Below, one piece after another: positions 18,291 through 27,982 of a DNA stretch of 64,000 nt. How positions within the stretch are numbered: position 1 is the first letter of the stretch; every line of letters begins with the position of its first letter. Below the pieces are notes generated by a model. The model was not told where the DNA came from. It did no database searches and was given only the letters and a program-made list of their open reading frames with translations. The position numbers and the translations under genes were made by a program. Origin of the DNA: Candidatus Nanopelagicales bacterium. Its GTDB lineage: Bacteria; Actinomycetota; Actinomycetes; S36-B12. The stretch lies in contig JBMTDJ010000001.1 of NCBI GenBank assembly GCA_049431945.1, positions 14,106 through 78,105 on the forward strand, read 5' to 3'.

Positions 18291-19838
18291 ATGCGCCTGC
18301 CTGTCCTCACCCTCGCGTCCTCCGCAGCACTCGTCGCCGGACTCCTCGTGGGAGCGTCCTCTCCTGCCGGAGCCGAGCCTCGCGTGGCCGTCCCCCTGCC
18401 CACCGTGACAGCCATGCCGGACGGCCCCATCTTCACCGGCGCGCTCCAGGACCTCGCTGCCCGCGGCTATGCGGAGAGCGAGTACGTCGTCACGCTCACC
18501 GAGCCGAACGTGTACTCGTACGTCGGGAAGTCCACGCGCACCCAATCGCGCAAGGCACCTGCCTCGCCTCAGGGCGACTATCGCTCCAGGATCATCGTGC
18601 GCGCACCCGAGAATCCCGAGGATTTCAACGGCCGCGTCCTCGTCGAGATGATGAACACCACCGCTCTCATCGATCTCGACATCGCGTGGCAGCAGGCGCA
18701 CGAGTACCTCATGCGCGACGGATGGGCCTACGTCGGCATCTCCGTCCAGCAGTCGGGGCTCAATGCCCTTCGGGGCTTCACCCGTCAACGTGGGCGCTAT
18801 GCGGACCTCGGGCTCAATCTCATGACGCCCCGAGCCGCCAAGGCTGGGTCCGCCGGGCTCCGCGACCCTTCGCTGGCCTGGGATCTCACCTCCCAGGTGG
18901 GCGCTCTCATCGACAGCGAGGCGCCGAGCAATCCGCTGGCGGACTACGCAGTGGAGTCCGTCTTCCTCACGGGCCAGTCACAGATGGCCGGCTACGCCAC
19001 GACCTATGTCAATGCGATTCACCCGCGCCACCGCGTCTTCGACGGCTTCCTCGTCGCCTACCGGACTGCGACTGCCACGAATCTTCGCTACGCCGCTCCT
19101 CGCGGGGGGCAGGTGCCTTCCACGTCTGCGAGCGCGGCGCAGCGACGCCTCGATGGACGCGGCTCTCCCGTGATCTCCCTGCAGACGGAGTCCGATCCCC
19201 TGCGCGGCCCCGAGGCTGGCCAGATGAAGGACTTCCAGCGCACGGTCTGGCGTGCCGACAGCGACACCGCGCGTGATCGCTACCGGCTCTGGGAAGTCCC
19301 CGGGTCCTCGCACAACGACCGCTGGGGTGCCGAGCAGGCCCTCGGCGTCCTGGGACGTGACAGTCTGCTCAGCCTCACGACGACGTGCGACTGGACGGCG
19401 CCGGTGGGCGTCAATGACTTCCCCATGCGCTTCGTCTGGCATCGAGCACTGGAGTCACTTGCCGAGTGGTACGAGACAGGAGTGCCACCCGCGAACGGCG
19501 ACCGGATCGCCCGGACACGCACAGGGACTATCAAGCGAGATGGCGACGGGAATGCACGGGGCGGTATTCGACTCCCCCGGCTCGCAGTCCCCGTGGCCAC
19601 CTACACGCCCACGGCGGCCGGTGACTTGTTCTGCCCGCTGACCGGAACCCAAGCACCATTCGACGCCGAGGAACTCGCAGCGCGATATCCGCTGGTCGAC
19701 GACTACGTGCAGGCCGTCGAGGCCGCCGTGCGAGCGAGCGTGGAGGCCGGATTCCTGCTCGCCGAGGACGGAGTGGCGCTCGTGGAGTCCGCGCGCCGGG
19801 GGCCAGCCGCCGACGGGGAGACGATCCAGGCGTACTGA
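18291..19838 (+). CDS. Secreted hypothetical protein, alpha/beta-hydrolase-like
   Basis: Signal peptide MRLPVLTLASSAALVAGLLVGASSPAGA/EP. 515 aa with a nucleophile-elbow-like LTGQSQMAGY. The family assignment is tentative. Confidence 0.6.
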   Translation: MRLPVLTLASSAALVAGLLVGASSPAGAEPRVAVPLPTVTAMPDGPIFTGALQDLAARGYAESEYVVTLTEPNVYSYVGKSTRTQSRKAPASPQGDYRSRIIVRAPENPEDFNGRVLVEMMNTTALIDLDIAWQQAHEYLMRDGWAYVGISVQQSGLNALRGFTRQRGRYADLGLNLMTPRAAKAGSAGLRDPSLAWDLTSQVGALIDSEAPSNPLADYAVESVFLTGQSQMAGYATTYVNAIHPRHRVFDGFLVAYRTATATNLRYAAPRGGQVPSTSASAAQRRLDGRGSPVISLQTESDPLRGPEAGQMKDFQRTVWRADSDTARDRYRLWEVPGSSHNDRWGAEQALGVLGRDSLLSLTTTCDWTAPVGVNDFPMRFVWHRALESLAEWYETGVPPANGDRIARTRTGTIKRDGDGNARGGIRLPRLAVPVATYTPTAAGDLFCPLTGTQAPFDAEELAARYPLVDDYVQAVEAAVRASVEAGFLLAEDGVALVESARRGPAADGETIQAY

Positions 19839-19865
19839 ACGGTCGCGGGCAGCGACGGCCACGCG

Positions 19866-21164
19866 CTAGACGGGTAGCGAGTCGAACGGGCCAATCGCGG
19901 CGTACGTGGGCCGCTCCCTGAGGAGCTCACGCGCCAGGACGGCGACGTCCTCGGACGTCACGGCATCGATGCGGGCCACGATGTCGTCAATGGAGGGAAG
20001 TTCTCCGTAGAGGAGTTCGCCCTTGGCGATGCGGCTCATCCGTGAGCCCGCATCCTCCTGTCCGAGGACCACGCTGCCACGCAGGGAGCCGCGTCCACGC
20101 AGGAGCTCCTCGTCGCGCAGTCCGTGCTCGGCCACGTCGGCAATCACATCGTGCGTGATGCTCATGACGTCGCCCACCTTGTCGGGCAGGCAGCCGACGT
20201 AGACGCCTGTGTATCCGGTGTCGGCGAAGCTCGAGACGAAGGAGTAGACGGAGTACGCCAGGCCGCGATCCTCGCGAATGCTCTGGAACAGTCGGCTCGA
20301 CATGCCCCCGCCCAGAGCCGCGTTGAGCACCCCCAGCGCATAGCGGCGGTCGTCGGTACGACGTATCCCGCCGAGACCCATCACCAGATGGGCCTGCTCC
20401 GACGGCCGGTGCGAGATGCCGCGTGCGCCGCGTCCGGGGGCCGGGTGCGCCCGACGAGATGTGTCCCGCACCTCGGGCTCGGCGGGCGCGCTCGAAGCCC
20501 CGAAGGCGTCGCGCACCTGCTCGACGACCTCGTCATGGTCGACCGCACCCGCCGCCGCGACAACCATCCGCGAGGGGACGTAGTGGCGGCGGTAGAAGCT
20601 GCGAATCCCCTGGGCCGTGAGAGCCGCGAGGGACTCCTGCGTCCCGAGGATCGGGCGGCCGAGCGGGCCATCGCCGTAGTGCGTGCGCATGTAGAGGTCG
20701 TGCACCGTGTCGCCGGGATCATCGTCATTCATGGCGATCTCCTCGAGGATCACCTGACGTTCACCCTCGATGTCCCGGGCGTCGAGCCTGCCACGCAGGA
20801 CGACATCGCACACCGTGTCAATCGCCAGCTGGGTGTCATCGTCGAGGACCCGGGCGTAGTAGCAGGTGTACTCCTTGGTGGTGAATGCGTTGAGCTCACC
20901 ACCCACGGCCTCGATCGGCGCGGTGATCTCCCAGGCACTGCGCGTTGCTGTGCCCTTGAAGAGCAGGTGCTCCAGGAAGTGTGCGGCGCCGGTCTGGCGT
21001 GGGGTCTCATCGCGAGACCCCACACCGATCCAGGCACCGAAGGAGACCGAGCGCACGCCGGGCACCGACTCCGTGACAACCCTGAGGCCGTTGGGCAACG
21101 TCGTGCGACGCACGACCGCACCATCGGCACCCTCGAGCAGGGTGCGGGTGCGTGCCCGTGACAT
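19866..21164 (-). CDS. pepR: M16 family zinc peptidase
   Basis: Inverted zinc motif HFLEHLLFKG. 432 aa, immediately downstream of pnp as in mycobacteria. Confidence 0.85.
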   Translation of the reverse strand: MSRARTRTLLEGADGAVVRRTTLPNGLRVVTESVPGVRSVSFGAWIGVGSRDETPRQTGAAHFLEHLLFKGTATRSAWEITAPIEAVGGELNAFTTKEYTCYYARVLDDDTQLAIDTVCDVVLRGRLDARDIEGERQVILEEIAMNDDDPGDTVHDLYMRTHYGDGPLGRPILGTQESLAALTAQGIRSFYRRHYVPSRMVVAAAGAVDHDEVVEQVRDAFGASSAPAEPEVRDTSRRAHPAPGRGARGISHRPSEQAHLVMGLGGIRRTDDRRYALGVLNAALGGGMSSRLFQSIREDRGLAYSVYSFVSSFADTGYTGVYVGCLPDKVGDVMSITHDVIADVAEHGLRDEELLRGRGSLRGSVVLGQEDAGSRMSRIAKGELLYGELPSIDDIVARIDAVTSEDVAVLARELLRERPTYAAIGPFDSLPV

Positions 21165-21171
21165 CGAAGCG

Positions 21172-23379
21172 CTACTCCGCCGCAGCGGTCTCGGCGTCGC
21201 CGCCCTCGATCACGGGAATGAGCGAGAGCTTGCCGCGCGGATCGACTTCCTTGATCTCGACCTGCACCTTGTCGCCGACCTTGAGGACCTCCTCGACGTT
21301 CTCGAGGCGCTTCTTGCCGGGCGAGAGCTTCTTGACCTCCGAGATGTGCAGGAGGCCGTCGCGTCCGGGCATGAGCGAGACGAACGCGCCGAAGTTGGTC
21401 GTCTTCACGACGGTGCCGAGGTAGCGCTCGCCGACCTCCGGCATCGTCGGGTTAGCGATGGCGTTGATCTTGGCCCGGGCGGCCTCGGCCGCGGCACCAT
21501 CGGAGGCTCCGATGAAGATCGTGCCGTCGTCCTCGATCGTGATGTCGGCGCCGGTGTCCTCTTGGATCTGGTTGATGATCTTGCCCTTCGGCCCGATCAC
21601 CTCGCCGATCTTGTCCACCGGGATGTTGACCGTGATGATGCGCGGTGCGTAGAGCGACATCTCGCCAGGCGCATCGATGGCCTCGGCCATGACGTCGAGG
21701 ATCGTCAGGCGCGCCTCGCGTGCCTGATCGAGCGCCCCGGCGAGCACCGAGGCGGGGATGCCGTCGAGCTTGGTGTCCAACTGCAGCGCGGTGACGAAGT
21801 CCTTCGTGCCCGCCACCTTGAAGTCCATGTCACCGAAGGCATCCTCGGCGCCGAGGATGTCGGTGATGGCGACGTACTCCGTCTTGCCATCGATCTCGCC
21901 GCTGATGAGGCCCATGGCGATGCCGGCGACCGGAGCCTTGAGCGGCACGCCCGCGGCCATGAGCGACATCGTGCTGGCGCACACCGAGCCCATGGACGTC
22001 GAGCCGTTGGACCCGAGCGCCTCGGAGACCTGACGGATCGCGTAGGGGAACTCATCACGGGTCGGGAGCACCGGGAGCAGCGCGCGCTCAGCGAGCGCTC
22101 CGTGGCCGATCTCGCGACGCTTGGGCGAGCCCACGCGGCCCGTCTCACCGGTGGAGTACGGCGGGAAGTTGTAGTTGTGCATGTAGCGCTTGCGGTTGTC
22201 AGGCGACAGGGTGTCGAGCCACTGCTCCATCTTGAGCATATTCAGGGTGGTCACACCGAGGATCTGTGTCTCACCGCGCTCGAAGAGAGCCGACCCGTGC
22301 ACGCGCGGAAGCACATCGACCTCAGCCGCGAGCACGCGGATGTCGCGGGGACCGCGACCGTCGATGCGAACCTTGTCGCGCAGCACGCGCTCGCGCACGC
22401 TCTTCTTGGTCACGCTGCGCAGTGCGGCGCTAATCTCCTTCTCGCGTCCCTGGAATCGATCGGCGAGGGCGGCGACCACGTCAGCCTTGATGAGGTCGAG
22501 TGCCTCCTCGCGCTCGGCCTTGCTCACGATGGTGAGGGCTTCAGCCACGCGCGCGGACGCGATCTCGGACACGGCGTCGTAGACGTCCTCCTGGTAGTCG
22601 AGGAAGACGGGGAAGTCGCGCACCGGCTTGGCCGATGCATCGGCGAGCGCCTGCTGTGCCTCGCACAGCGCGCGGATGAAGACCTTGCTCGCCTCGAGGC
22701 CCTCAGCGACGACGGTCTCGGTCGGCGCCTTGGCCCCACCGGCGACGAGGTCGACGGTCTCGGTCGTGGCCTCGGCCTCGACCATCATGATCGCGACGTC
22801 ATCGCCCACGACCCGGCCGGCGACGACCATGTCGAACACCGCACGCTCAAGGTCGGAGTGACGTGGGAAGGCCACCCACTGTCCGTCGATGAGCGCGACG
22901 CGCACCCCACCGATCGGGCCGGAGAAGGGCAGCCCGGCGATCTGCGTCGACGCAGAGGCGGCATTGATCGCAAGCACGTCGTAGAGATCGTCGGGGTTGA
23001 GCGCGAGGACCGTGACAACGATCTGGATCTCGTTGCGCAGGCCATTGGCGAACGACGGGCGCAGGGGCCGGTCGATGAGTCGGCACGTGAGGATGGCGTC
23101 TTCAGTGGGACGCCCCTCACGGCGGAAGAACGAGCCGGGGATCCGGCCGACCGAGTACATCCGCTCCTCGACGTCGACGGTGAGCGGGAAGAAGTCGAAA
23201 TGCTCCTTGGGCTGCTTCGACGCGGTCGTGGCGCTGAGCACCATCGTGTCGTCGTCGAGGAAGGCAGCGACGCTGCCGGCGGCCTGGCGGGCCAGGCGGC
23301 CCGTCTCGAAGCGGATGGTGCGGGTGCCGAAGGCGCCGTTGTCGAGGACGGCTTCGGTGGTGGTGACAGAACCCTCCAC
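21172..23379 (-). CDS. pnp: Polyribonucleotide nucleotidyltransferase (PNPase)
   Basis: Two RNase PH domains, a KH domain and an S1 domain ([18 protein letters not shown]). GTG start with AAGGAG 7 nt upstream. Confidence 0.95.
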   Translation of the reverse strand: MEGSVTTTEAVLDNGAFGTRTIRFETGRLARQAAGSVAAFLDDDTMVLSATTASKQPKEHFDFFPLTVDVEERMYSVGRIPGSFFRREGRPTEDAILTCRLIDRPLRPSFANGLRNEIQIVVTVLALNPDDLYDVLAINAASASTQIAGLPFSGPIGGVRVALIDGQWVAFPRHSDLERAVFDMVVAGRVVGDDVAIMMVEAEATTETVDLVAGGAKAPTETVVAEGLEASKVFIRALCEAQQALADASAKPVRDFPVFLDYQEDVYDAVSEIASARVAEALTIVSKAEREEALDLIKADVVAALADRFQGREKEISAALRSVTKKSVRERVLRDKVRIDGRGPRDIRVLAAEVDVLPRVHGSALFERGETQILGVTTLNMLKMEQWLDTLSPDNRKRYMHNYNFPPYSTGETGRVGSPKRREIGHGALAERALLPVLPTRDEFPYAIRQVSEALGSNGSTSMGSVCASTMSLMAAGVPLKAPVAGIAMGLISGEIDGKTEYVAITDILGAEDAFGDMDFKVAGTKDFVTALQLDTKLDGIPASVLAGALDQAREARLTILDVMAEAIDAPGEMSLYAPRIITVNIPVDKIGEVIGPKGKIINQIQEDTGADITIEDDGTIFIGASDGAAAEAARAKINAIANPTMPEVGERYLGTVVKTTNFGAFVSLMPGRDGLLHISEVKKLSPGKKRLENVEEVLKVGDKVQVEIKEVDPRGKLSLIPVIEGGDAETAAAE

Positions 23380-23591
23380 GGGTCACTCCTTGGGTGCGAC
23401 GGTCGCGTGCGACCGAGACGCCCGCCGTAGTGCCCGGTCTCGGGAGCCGGTCTTCGATCGAGGCCGCCGGGTCATCGCCCGGGAGCCACTACCGAGGACC
23501 GACCAATCGCGGCGGCGCGTCGTGTGTGTGTTGTCTATTCAGTTATACGCCGCATCCGTCAGGGACGGATGCCCGTGTCCTTGAGAATCCG
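23380..23591 (-). promoter_or_regulatory. Structured rpsO-pnp intergenic leader (candidate Actino-pnp-type regulatory RNA)
   Basis: 212-nt spacer containing hairpin GCAUCCGUC-CCU-GACGGAUGC (23552-23572), an AT-rich/CA-repeat tract (UAUAACUGAAUAGACAACACACACACG) and several GC helices before the pnp SD. The motif identity is remembered from the literature and was not aligned. Confidence 0.4.
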
Positions 23592-23861
23592 TCAGCGACG
23601 GATACCGAGGCGCTCGATGATCGAGCGGTAGCGATTGATGTCCGTGCGCTGCAGGTACTGCAGCAGCCGGCGGCGCTGGCCGACGAGGATGAGCAGGCCA
23701 CGACGCGAGTGGTGGTCGTGCTTGTGGCTCTTGAGGTGCTCCGTGAGGTCGCTAATGCGACGGGTGAGCATCGCCACCTGGACCTCGGGGCTCCCGGTGT
23801 CCTGGGGGGATGAGCCGTACTCGGCGATGATCTGCTGCTTCGTGGCGCTATCCAGCGACAT
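23592..23861 (-). CDS. rpsO: 30S ribosomal protein S15
   Basis: [16 protein letters not shown]...[16 protein letters not shown]..., 89 aa. SD GAGAGGAA. Only the 3' part of track ORF 23592..24254 is used. Confidence 0.95.
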   Translation of the reverse strand: MSLDSATKQQIIAEYGSSPQDTGSPEVQVAMLTRRISDLTEHLKSHKHDHHSRRGLLILVGQRRRLLQYLQRTDINRYRSIIERLGIRR

Positions 23862-23988
23862 GGTGTTTCCTCTCGGGCGCGTCGGCCGCCCTGACCCGAG
23901 CTGCTGCTCAGATCTCCCAGGCGGTGACCCCGGCGGGGTCGTCACGAGTCCCCGGGCGCCCGCCCTAGGACCGTCGAGGATGAGGGTA

Positions 23989-24873
23989 TCAGCCCCCGAG
24001 GGCCCTTCGCGCACCCGCGACGTCCCTGGCCATCTGCGCGACCAGATCGTCCACCGAGTCGAAGACCTGCTGGCCTCGCAGGCGCGCGACGAGGTCGATC
24101 GCGGCCGGAGCCCCGTAGATGTCCAGCCCCTCACGGTCGATCGCGTAGGCCTCGACCCTGCGGTCGGTCCCTGCGAACTGCGGATTGGTTCCGATCGAGA
24201 TCGCTGCCGGCAGGATCTCCCCCGCGACGACGAGCCAGCCCGCGTACACGCCATCCGGAGGGATTGCCAGGTCCCTCGTCACGTCCAGGTTGGCCGTGGG
24301 GTAGCCGAGCTCGCGGCCGCGCTGATCGCCGCGCACGACGACGCCCTCGAGCCTGTGGGGACGGCCCAGCATGAGGGTTGCCGAAGCCACATCCCCTTCG
24401 GAGATCGCCTCGCGGATCCGGGTGGACGACCACGCGTCAGCGTCCTCCCCTGATACGAGCGGAAGCGCCTGGACGTCGAAGCCCAGTTCGGCGCCGAGAC
24501 TCTCAAGAGCAGCCGTGTCCCCGGCCGCGCGCGCCCCGAACCGGAAGTTCTCCCCCACGATGACGAGGTCGGCGCGAATACGCGGATCCTCGCGGAGCAT
24601 CCGGGCGAAGTCCGCCGGGGAGCTCGCGGCGAGTTCCCGGGTGAACTCCAGCACCACGACCTCGTCCGCGCCTGCCTCGCGAAGGAGGGCCTCGCGGCGC
24701 GCCACGGTGCTGAGCATCGGCGGCGCGAGATCCGGCCGCACGATGGCAGCTGGGTGGGGGTCGAACGTCACCGCGATGACCTGACCGTCGCCCGCTCGAT
24801 CACGGGCCATGCGCACGAGCGCACGATGGCCGCCGTGGACACCGTCGAAGTTGCCGATGGTCGCGACGCGCAC
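23989..24873 (-). CDS. ribF: Bifunctional riboflavin kinase / FMN adenylyltransferase
   Basis: [11 protein letters not shown] (FAD synthetase) and [10 protein letters not shown] (riboflavin kinase). GTG 24873 is the only start after the in-frame TGA. Confidence 0.92.
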   Translation of the reverse strand: MRVATIGNFDGVHGGHRALVRMARDRAGDGQVIAVTFDPHPAAIVRPDLAPPMLSTVARREALLREAGADEVVVLEFTRELAASSPADFARMLREDPRIRADLVIVGENFRFGARAAGDTAALESLGAELGFDVQALPLVSGEDADAWSSTRIREAISEGDVASATLMLGRPHRLEGVVVRGDQRGRELGYPTANLDVTRDLAIPPDGVYAGWLVVAGEILPAAISIGTNPQFAGTDRRVEAYAIDREGLDIYGAPAAIDLVARLRGQQVFDSVDDLVAQMARDVAGARRALGG

Positions 24874-24914
24874 GAGCGAAGCCTGCCAGGCGTCCGCGGC
24901 ACGCCGCGAGCCGC

Positions 24915-24938
24915 CTCAGTCCAACAGGGGGAACTGAG
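24915..24938 (-). terminator. Weak stem-loop after the nucleotide-sugar dehydrogenase gene
   Basis: CTCAGT-N12-ACTGAG (6-bp stem) sits 40 nt downstream of the stop at 24978. No U-tract. Confidence 0.25.
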
Positions 24939-24977
24939 CCAGCCCGACAGCCGTTGTTCGGCCACCCCCACCGACTG

Positions 24978-26243
24978 TTAGAGCCGCACCACGCGGGGGC
25001 CGCTGGCGACTCCCCGGGTATCGAACAGTCGTTTGGAGGACTCCGCGATGGTCGGCAGGTCGTACGCGGAGTGGTGCTGCAGCAGGACGGTGAGATCCGC
25101 CCGCTCCAGGGCGGACTCCACGGACGCCTCGCTCTCGAGCCTCAGGGAGCCGACATTCCACGTCGCGACGTGGGGGTCGTGGTACGACACCTGCGCCCCC
25201 TTGTCGATGAGTTCCATGGCGATCGGCTTCGCCGGTGACTCGCGCTGGTCGGCGATGTCGGGCTTGTACGTCACCCCGAGCAGCAGGATCGTCGAGCCCC
25301 GAAGAGCCTTGCCCTCTTCGTTGAGCACGTCCTGGATGCGCCTGACGACGTAGGCGGGCATGCCGCCATTGATCTCCTGCGCCAACTCGACGAACCGGAA
25401 GGGATAGCCGAGCTGGGTCTGCACCTGGTAGGACAGGTAGTTGGGGTCGATCGGGATGCAATGGCCGCCCACACCAGGGCCGGGGTAGAACGCCTGGAAG
25501 CCGAAGGGCTTGCTCTTGGCCGCCTCGATCACGTCCCACAGGTCGATGCCCAGCTCGTGGCAGAACCGCGCCATCTCGTTGACCAGGGCGATGTTGATGT
25601 GCCGATACGTGTTCTCGAGCAATTTGGCCATCTCGGCCTCGCGCGTGCCTCGCACGCGTACCACCTGGTCGACGACCTTGCCGTAGAACTCCGCGGCAGC
25701 GTCGGTGCAGTCCTGCGTGTGGCCGCCCACGATCTTGGGGGTGTTGCGCAGGCCGAAGGCCGGATTGCCCGGATCGATGCGCTCAGGGCTGAAGGCGAGA
25801 TGGAAGTCGCTCCCGGCCGCGAGCCCCCCGGCCTCGAGAATCGGCCGGACTTCGTCAGCCGTCGTGCCGGGGTAGGTGGTGGACTCCAGAACGATGAGAT
25901 GCCCCGGGCGCAGGTGCTCGGCGATCGTGCGGGCCGCACTGAGGACCGTCGCCAGGTCCGGTCCGCCATCCGGTGCCAGTGGCGTGGGGACGCAAATGAC
26001 GACCGTGCTGGAGTCGGCGATGACAGAGGCATCGGTCGTCGCCGAGAAGCCTGCGTCGAGCATCGCCCGGACGTCGTCGTCGGTGAGGTCATCGACATGC
26101 GACCGCCCGGAGTTGAGCCCGTCGACGACCGCGTCGGACACGTCGAGCCCGGTGACGGACAGACCCGAGCGCGTGGCCTCCTGGGCCAGCGGCAAACCGA
26201 CGTAGCCAAGGCCGATGACCACGAGATCGCGTGCCTGGCGCAT
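24978..26243 (-). CDS. Nucleotide-sugar dehydrogenase (UDP-glucose/GDP-mannose dehydrogenase family)
   Basis: VVIGLGYVGLPLA Rossmann motif, the catalytic Cys region (GVGGHCIP) and a C-terminal UDP-binding domain. GGAGG lies upstream of the ATG. Confidence 0.88.
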   Translation of the reverse strand: MRQARDLVVIGLGYVGLPLAQEATRSGLSVTGLDVSDAVVDGLNSGRSHVDDLTDDDVRAMLDAGFSATTDASVIADSSTVVICVPTPLAPDGGPDLATVLSAARTIAEHLRPGHLIVLESTTYPGTTADEVRPILEAGGLAAGSDFHLAFSPERIDPGNPAFGLRNTPKIVGGHTQDCTDAAAEFYGKVVDQVVRVRGTREAEMAKLLENTYRHINIALVNEMARFCHELGIDLWDVIEAAKSKPFGFQAFYPGPGVGGHCIPIDPNYLSYQVQTQLGYPFRFVELAQEINGGMPAYVVRRIQDVLNEEGKALRGSTILLLGVTYKPDIADQRESPAKPIAMELIDKGAQVSYHDPHVATWNVGSLRLESEASVESALERADLTVLLQHHSAYDLPTIAESSKRLFDTRGVASGPRVVRL

Positions 26244-26297
26244 CGTCTGTCAACCTCCGCGTAGGCGCCGCTCCCCACGGCTCGGCGCTGGGTCAGC

Positions 26298-27233
26298 CTA
26301 CGCGGGGTCGAGTCCGGGCGGGAACACCGCCGAGTACGTTGCCACTCCCGATCGCGACTCGGCGAGGGCAAGGAGGACGCTGTCGTGGAGCAGCGCCACG
26401 GTGCCCGTATCGGGCGCGCCCGTCGGCCACGGGATCCGCACGCCGTGGACCACGGAGCGCACCAGCGAGGGGTCGATCTCGATCCAGGGCATCGACCTGC
26501 GCGCGACCTCTCCCATCGACAGCAGGGGCGCATCCCCGATGTCGTCAGGACGGCAGGCGTCGTCGAGGGTCAGGTCCCCCGATCGAGTACGTCGAAGTGC
26601 CGTGACGTGCCCTCCCACGCCGAGTGAGGCCCCGATGTCGCGGGCAAGAGCACGCACGTAGGTGCCCGACGAGCAGGCCACACGGACGTCGATGGTGGTG
26701 ACGGGAACGCCGTCGATGTCGCCACGGGTCAACTCCAGCAGGTCGAAGGCGTCGATCACCACATCCCGCTCGGGCAACTCGATGTCCTCACCGGCTCGCA
26801 CGCGCTCGTGTGCCCTCTTGCCATCCACGTGCACAGCACTGACGGCACTCGGGCGTTGCCGGACCGCGCCACGCCAGACCGACATCGCGGCCTCGACATC
26901 GGACTCTGACGCGTGGACCCCGATGGCGCTCACGCGATCGCCCTGGCTGTCGTCGGTGGTCGTGCCGATGCCGAGGACGATGCTGGCGAGGTACTCCTTG
27001 CCCTGACCCGAGAGGTGCCCGAGCAGTCGCGTGGCAGACCCGACCCCGAGGACGAGGACGCCGGTGGCGAGAGGGTCGAGTGTGCCCGCGTGCCCGACCC
27101 GACGAGTCCCGAGGGCCTTGCGGGCGCGACCGACGATCGCGTGGGACGTGGGCCCTTCGGGCTTGTCCACCACGACGATGCCGTGCGGGGCAGGCGCCAC
27201 AGCCGACCCCGCGGGCCGACCCTCGCCCGTCAT
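26298..27233 (-). CDS. truB: tRNA pseudouridine(55) synthase
   Basis: VVDKPEGPTSH...GHAGTLDPLATGVL (catalytic Asp). The ATG overlaps the rbfA stop (ATGA). Confidence 0.93.
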   Translation of the reverse strand: MTGEGRPAGSAVAPAPHGIVVVDKPEGPTSHAIVGRARKALGTRRVGHAGTLDPLATGVLVLGVGSATRLLGHLSGQGKEYLASIVLGIGTTTDDSQGDRVSAIGVHASESDVEAAMSVWRGAVRQRPSAVSAVHVDGKRAHERVRAGEDIELPERDVVIDAFDLLELTRGDIDGVPVTTIDVRVACSSGTYVRALARDIGASLGVGGHVTALRRTRSGDLTLDDACRPDDIGDAPLLSMGEVARRSMPWIEIDPSLVRSVVHGVRIPWPTGAPDTGTVALLHDSVLLALAESRSGVATYSAVFPPGLDPA

Positions 27234-27667
27234 CCGGCCGCGTCCTCCTCGTCGGGATGGCGGTAGGGGTCGGGATCACCGGCGTAATGAGCGCCTGTCG
27301 CCTGAGCGTGCACCTGCGCATCCGACTCCGCGGCTGCCTTGAGCAGGTCGTCGATGTGGCGTGCATTGTCGGGCAGGGCATCGAGGACGAAGGCCAGCGA
27401 CGGAGTGTGCTTGATTCCGGTCTGACGACCCACCTCGGTGCGCAGCACGCCCTTGGCGGACTCCAGCGCCGCTGCTGTCGACGCGCGCTCTTCGTCATCG
27501 CCGTAGACGGTGTAGAACACCGTCGCCTCGCGCAGATCGGGCGTCACCCGAGCGTCGGTCACGGTGATGAATCCGAGCCGAGGATCCTTGACCTTCATCT
27601 CGAGCGTCTCCGCCACGATTTCCCGGACGCGATCCGCAAGCTTGCGCGCACGAGCCTCTGCAGCCAT
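27230..27667 (-). CDS. rbfA: Ribosome-binding factor A
   Basis: ARKLADRVREIVAETLEMKVKDPRLGFITVTDARVTPDLREATVFY. ATG 27667 overlaps the stop of the DUF503 gene (TGATG). Confidence 0.92.
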   Translation of the reverse strand: MAAEARARKLADRVREIVAETLEMKVKDPRLGFITVTDARVTPDLREATVFYTVYGDDEERASTAAALESAKGVLRTEVGRQTGIKHTPSLAFVLDALPDNARHIDDLLKAAAESDAQVHAQATGAHYAGDPDPYRHPDEEDAAG

Positions 27668-27972
27668 CACCGCAACCCTTCGTCTTCGCCGCCGAACAAC
27701 CGTCGGCGGGCTCCCACGAGCATCGTCTCCGGCAGTCCGGAGACCCACTCCTCGCATGCATCCACCACGCCCCGGGCGTGGGTCGCATCACCGGACACCG
27801 CGGCGACCGTCACCTGGGCCCGGCGATGCAGGTCCTGGTAGTCCGTCTCCGCCACGGCGACATCGAACCTCCTGCGAACCTCCTTGACGATGGGGCGCAC
27901 GATGGCCCGCTTCTCCTTGAGCGAATGGACATCTCCGAGGAGCAGATCCAACTCGCAGGTCGCCACGAACAT
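27667..27972 (-). CDS. DUF503 (YlxP-like) protein
   Basis: MFVATCELDLLLGDVHSLKEKRAIVRPIV..., 101 aa, between infB and rbfA as in many bacteria. GAGGG SD. The rest of track ORF 27667..28458 overlaps infB out of frame. Confidence 0.8.
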   Translation of the reverse strand: MFVATCELDLLLGDVHSLKEKRAIVRPIVKEVRRRFDVAVAETDYQDLHRRAQVTVAAVSGDATHARGVVDACEEWVSGLPETMLVGARRRLFGGEDEGLR

Positions 27973-27982
27973 CGAACCCTCG

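Noticed and set aside
20866-23430. 854-aa plus-strand ORF, the longest non-annotated ORF in the track
   Set aside because: It is entirely antisense to pepR and pnp. It shows low-complexity Asp/Gly/Arg/Leu composition and has no SD or promoter context. It is a shadow of the PNPase reading frame.
23862-24254. Upstream part of track ORF 23592..24254
   Set aside because: It overlaps the ribF 3' end. S15 begins at ATG 23861 with a good SD.
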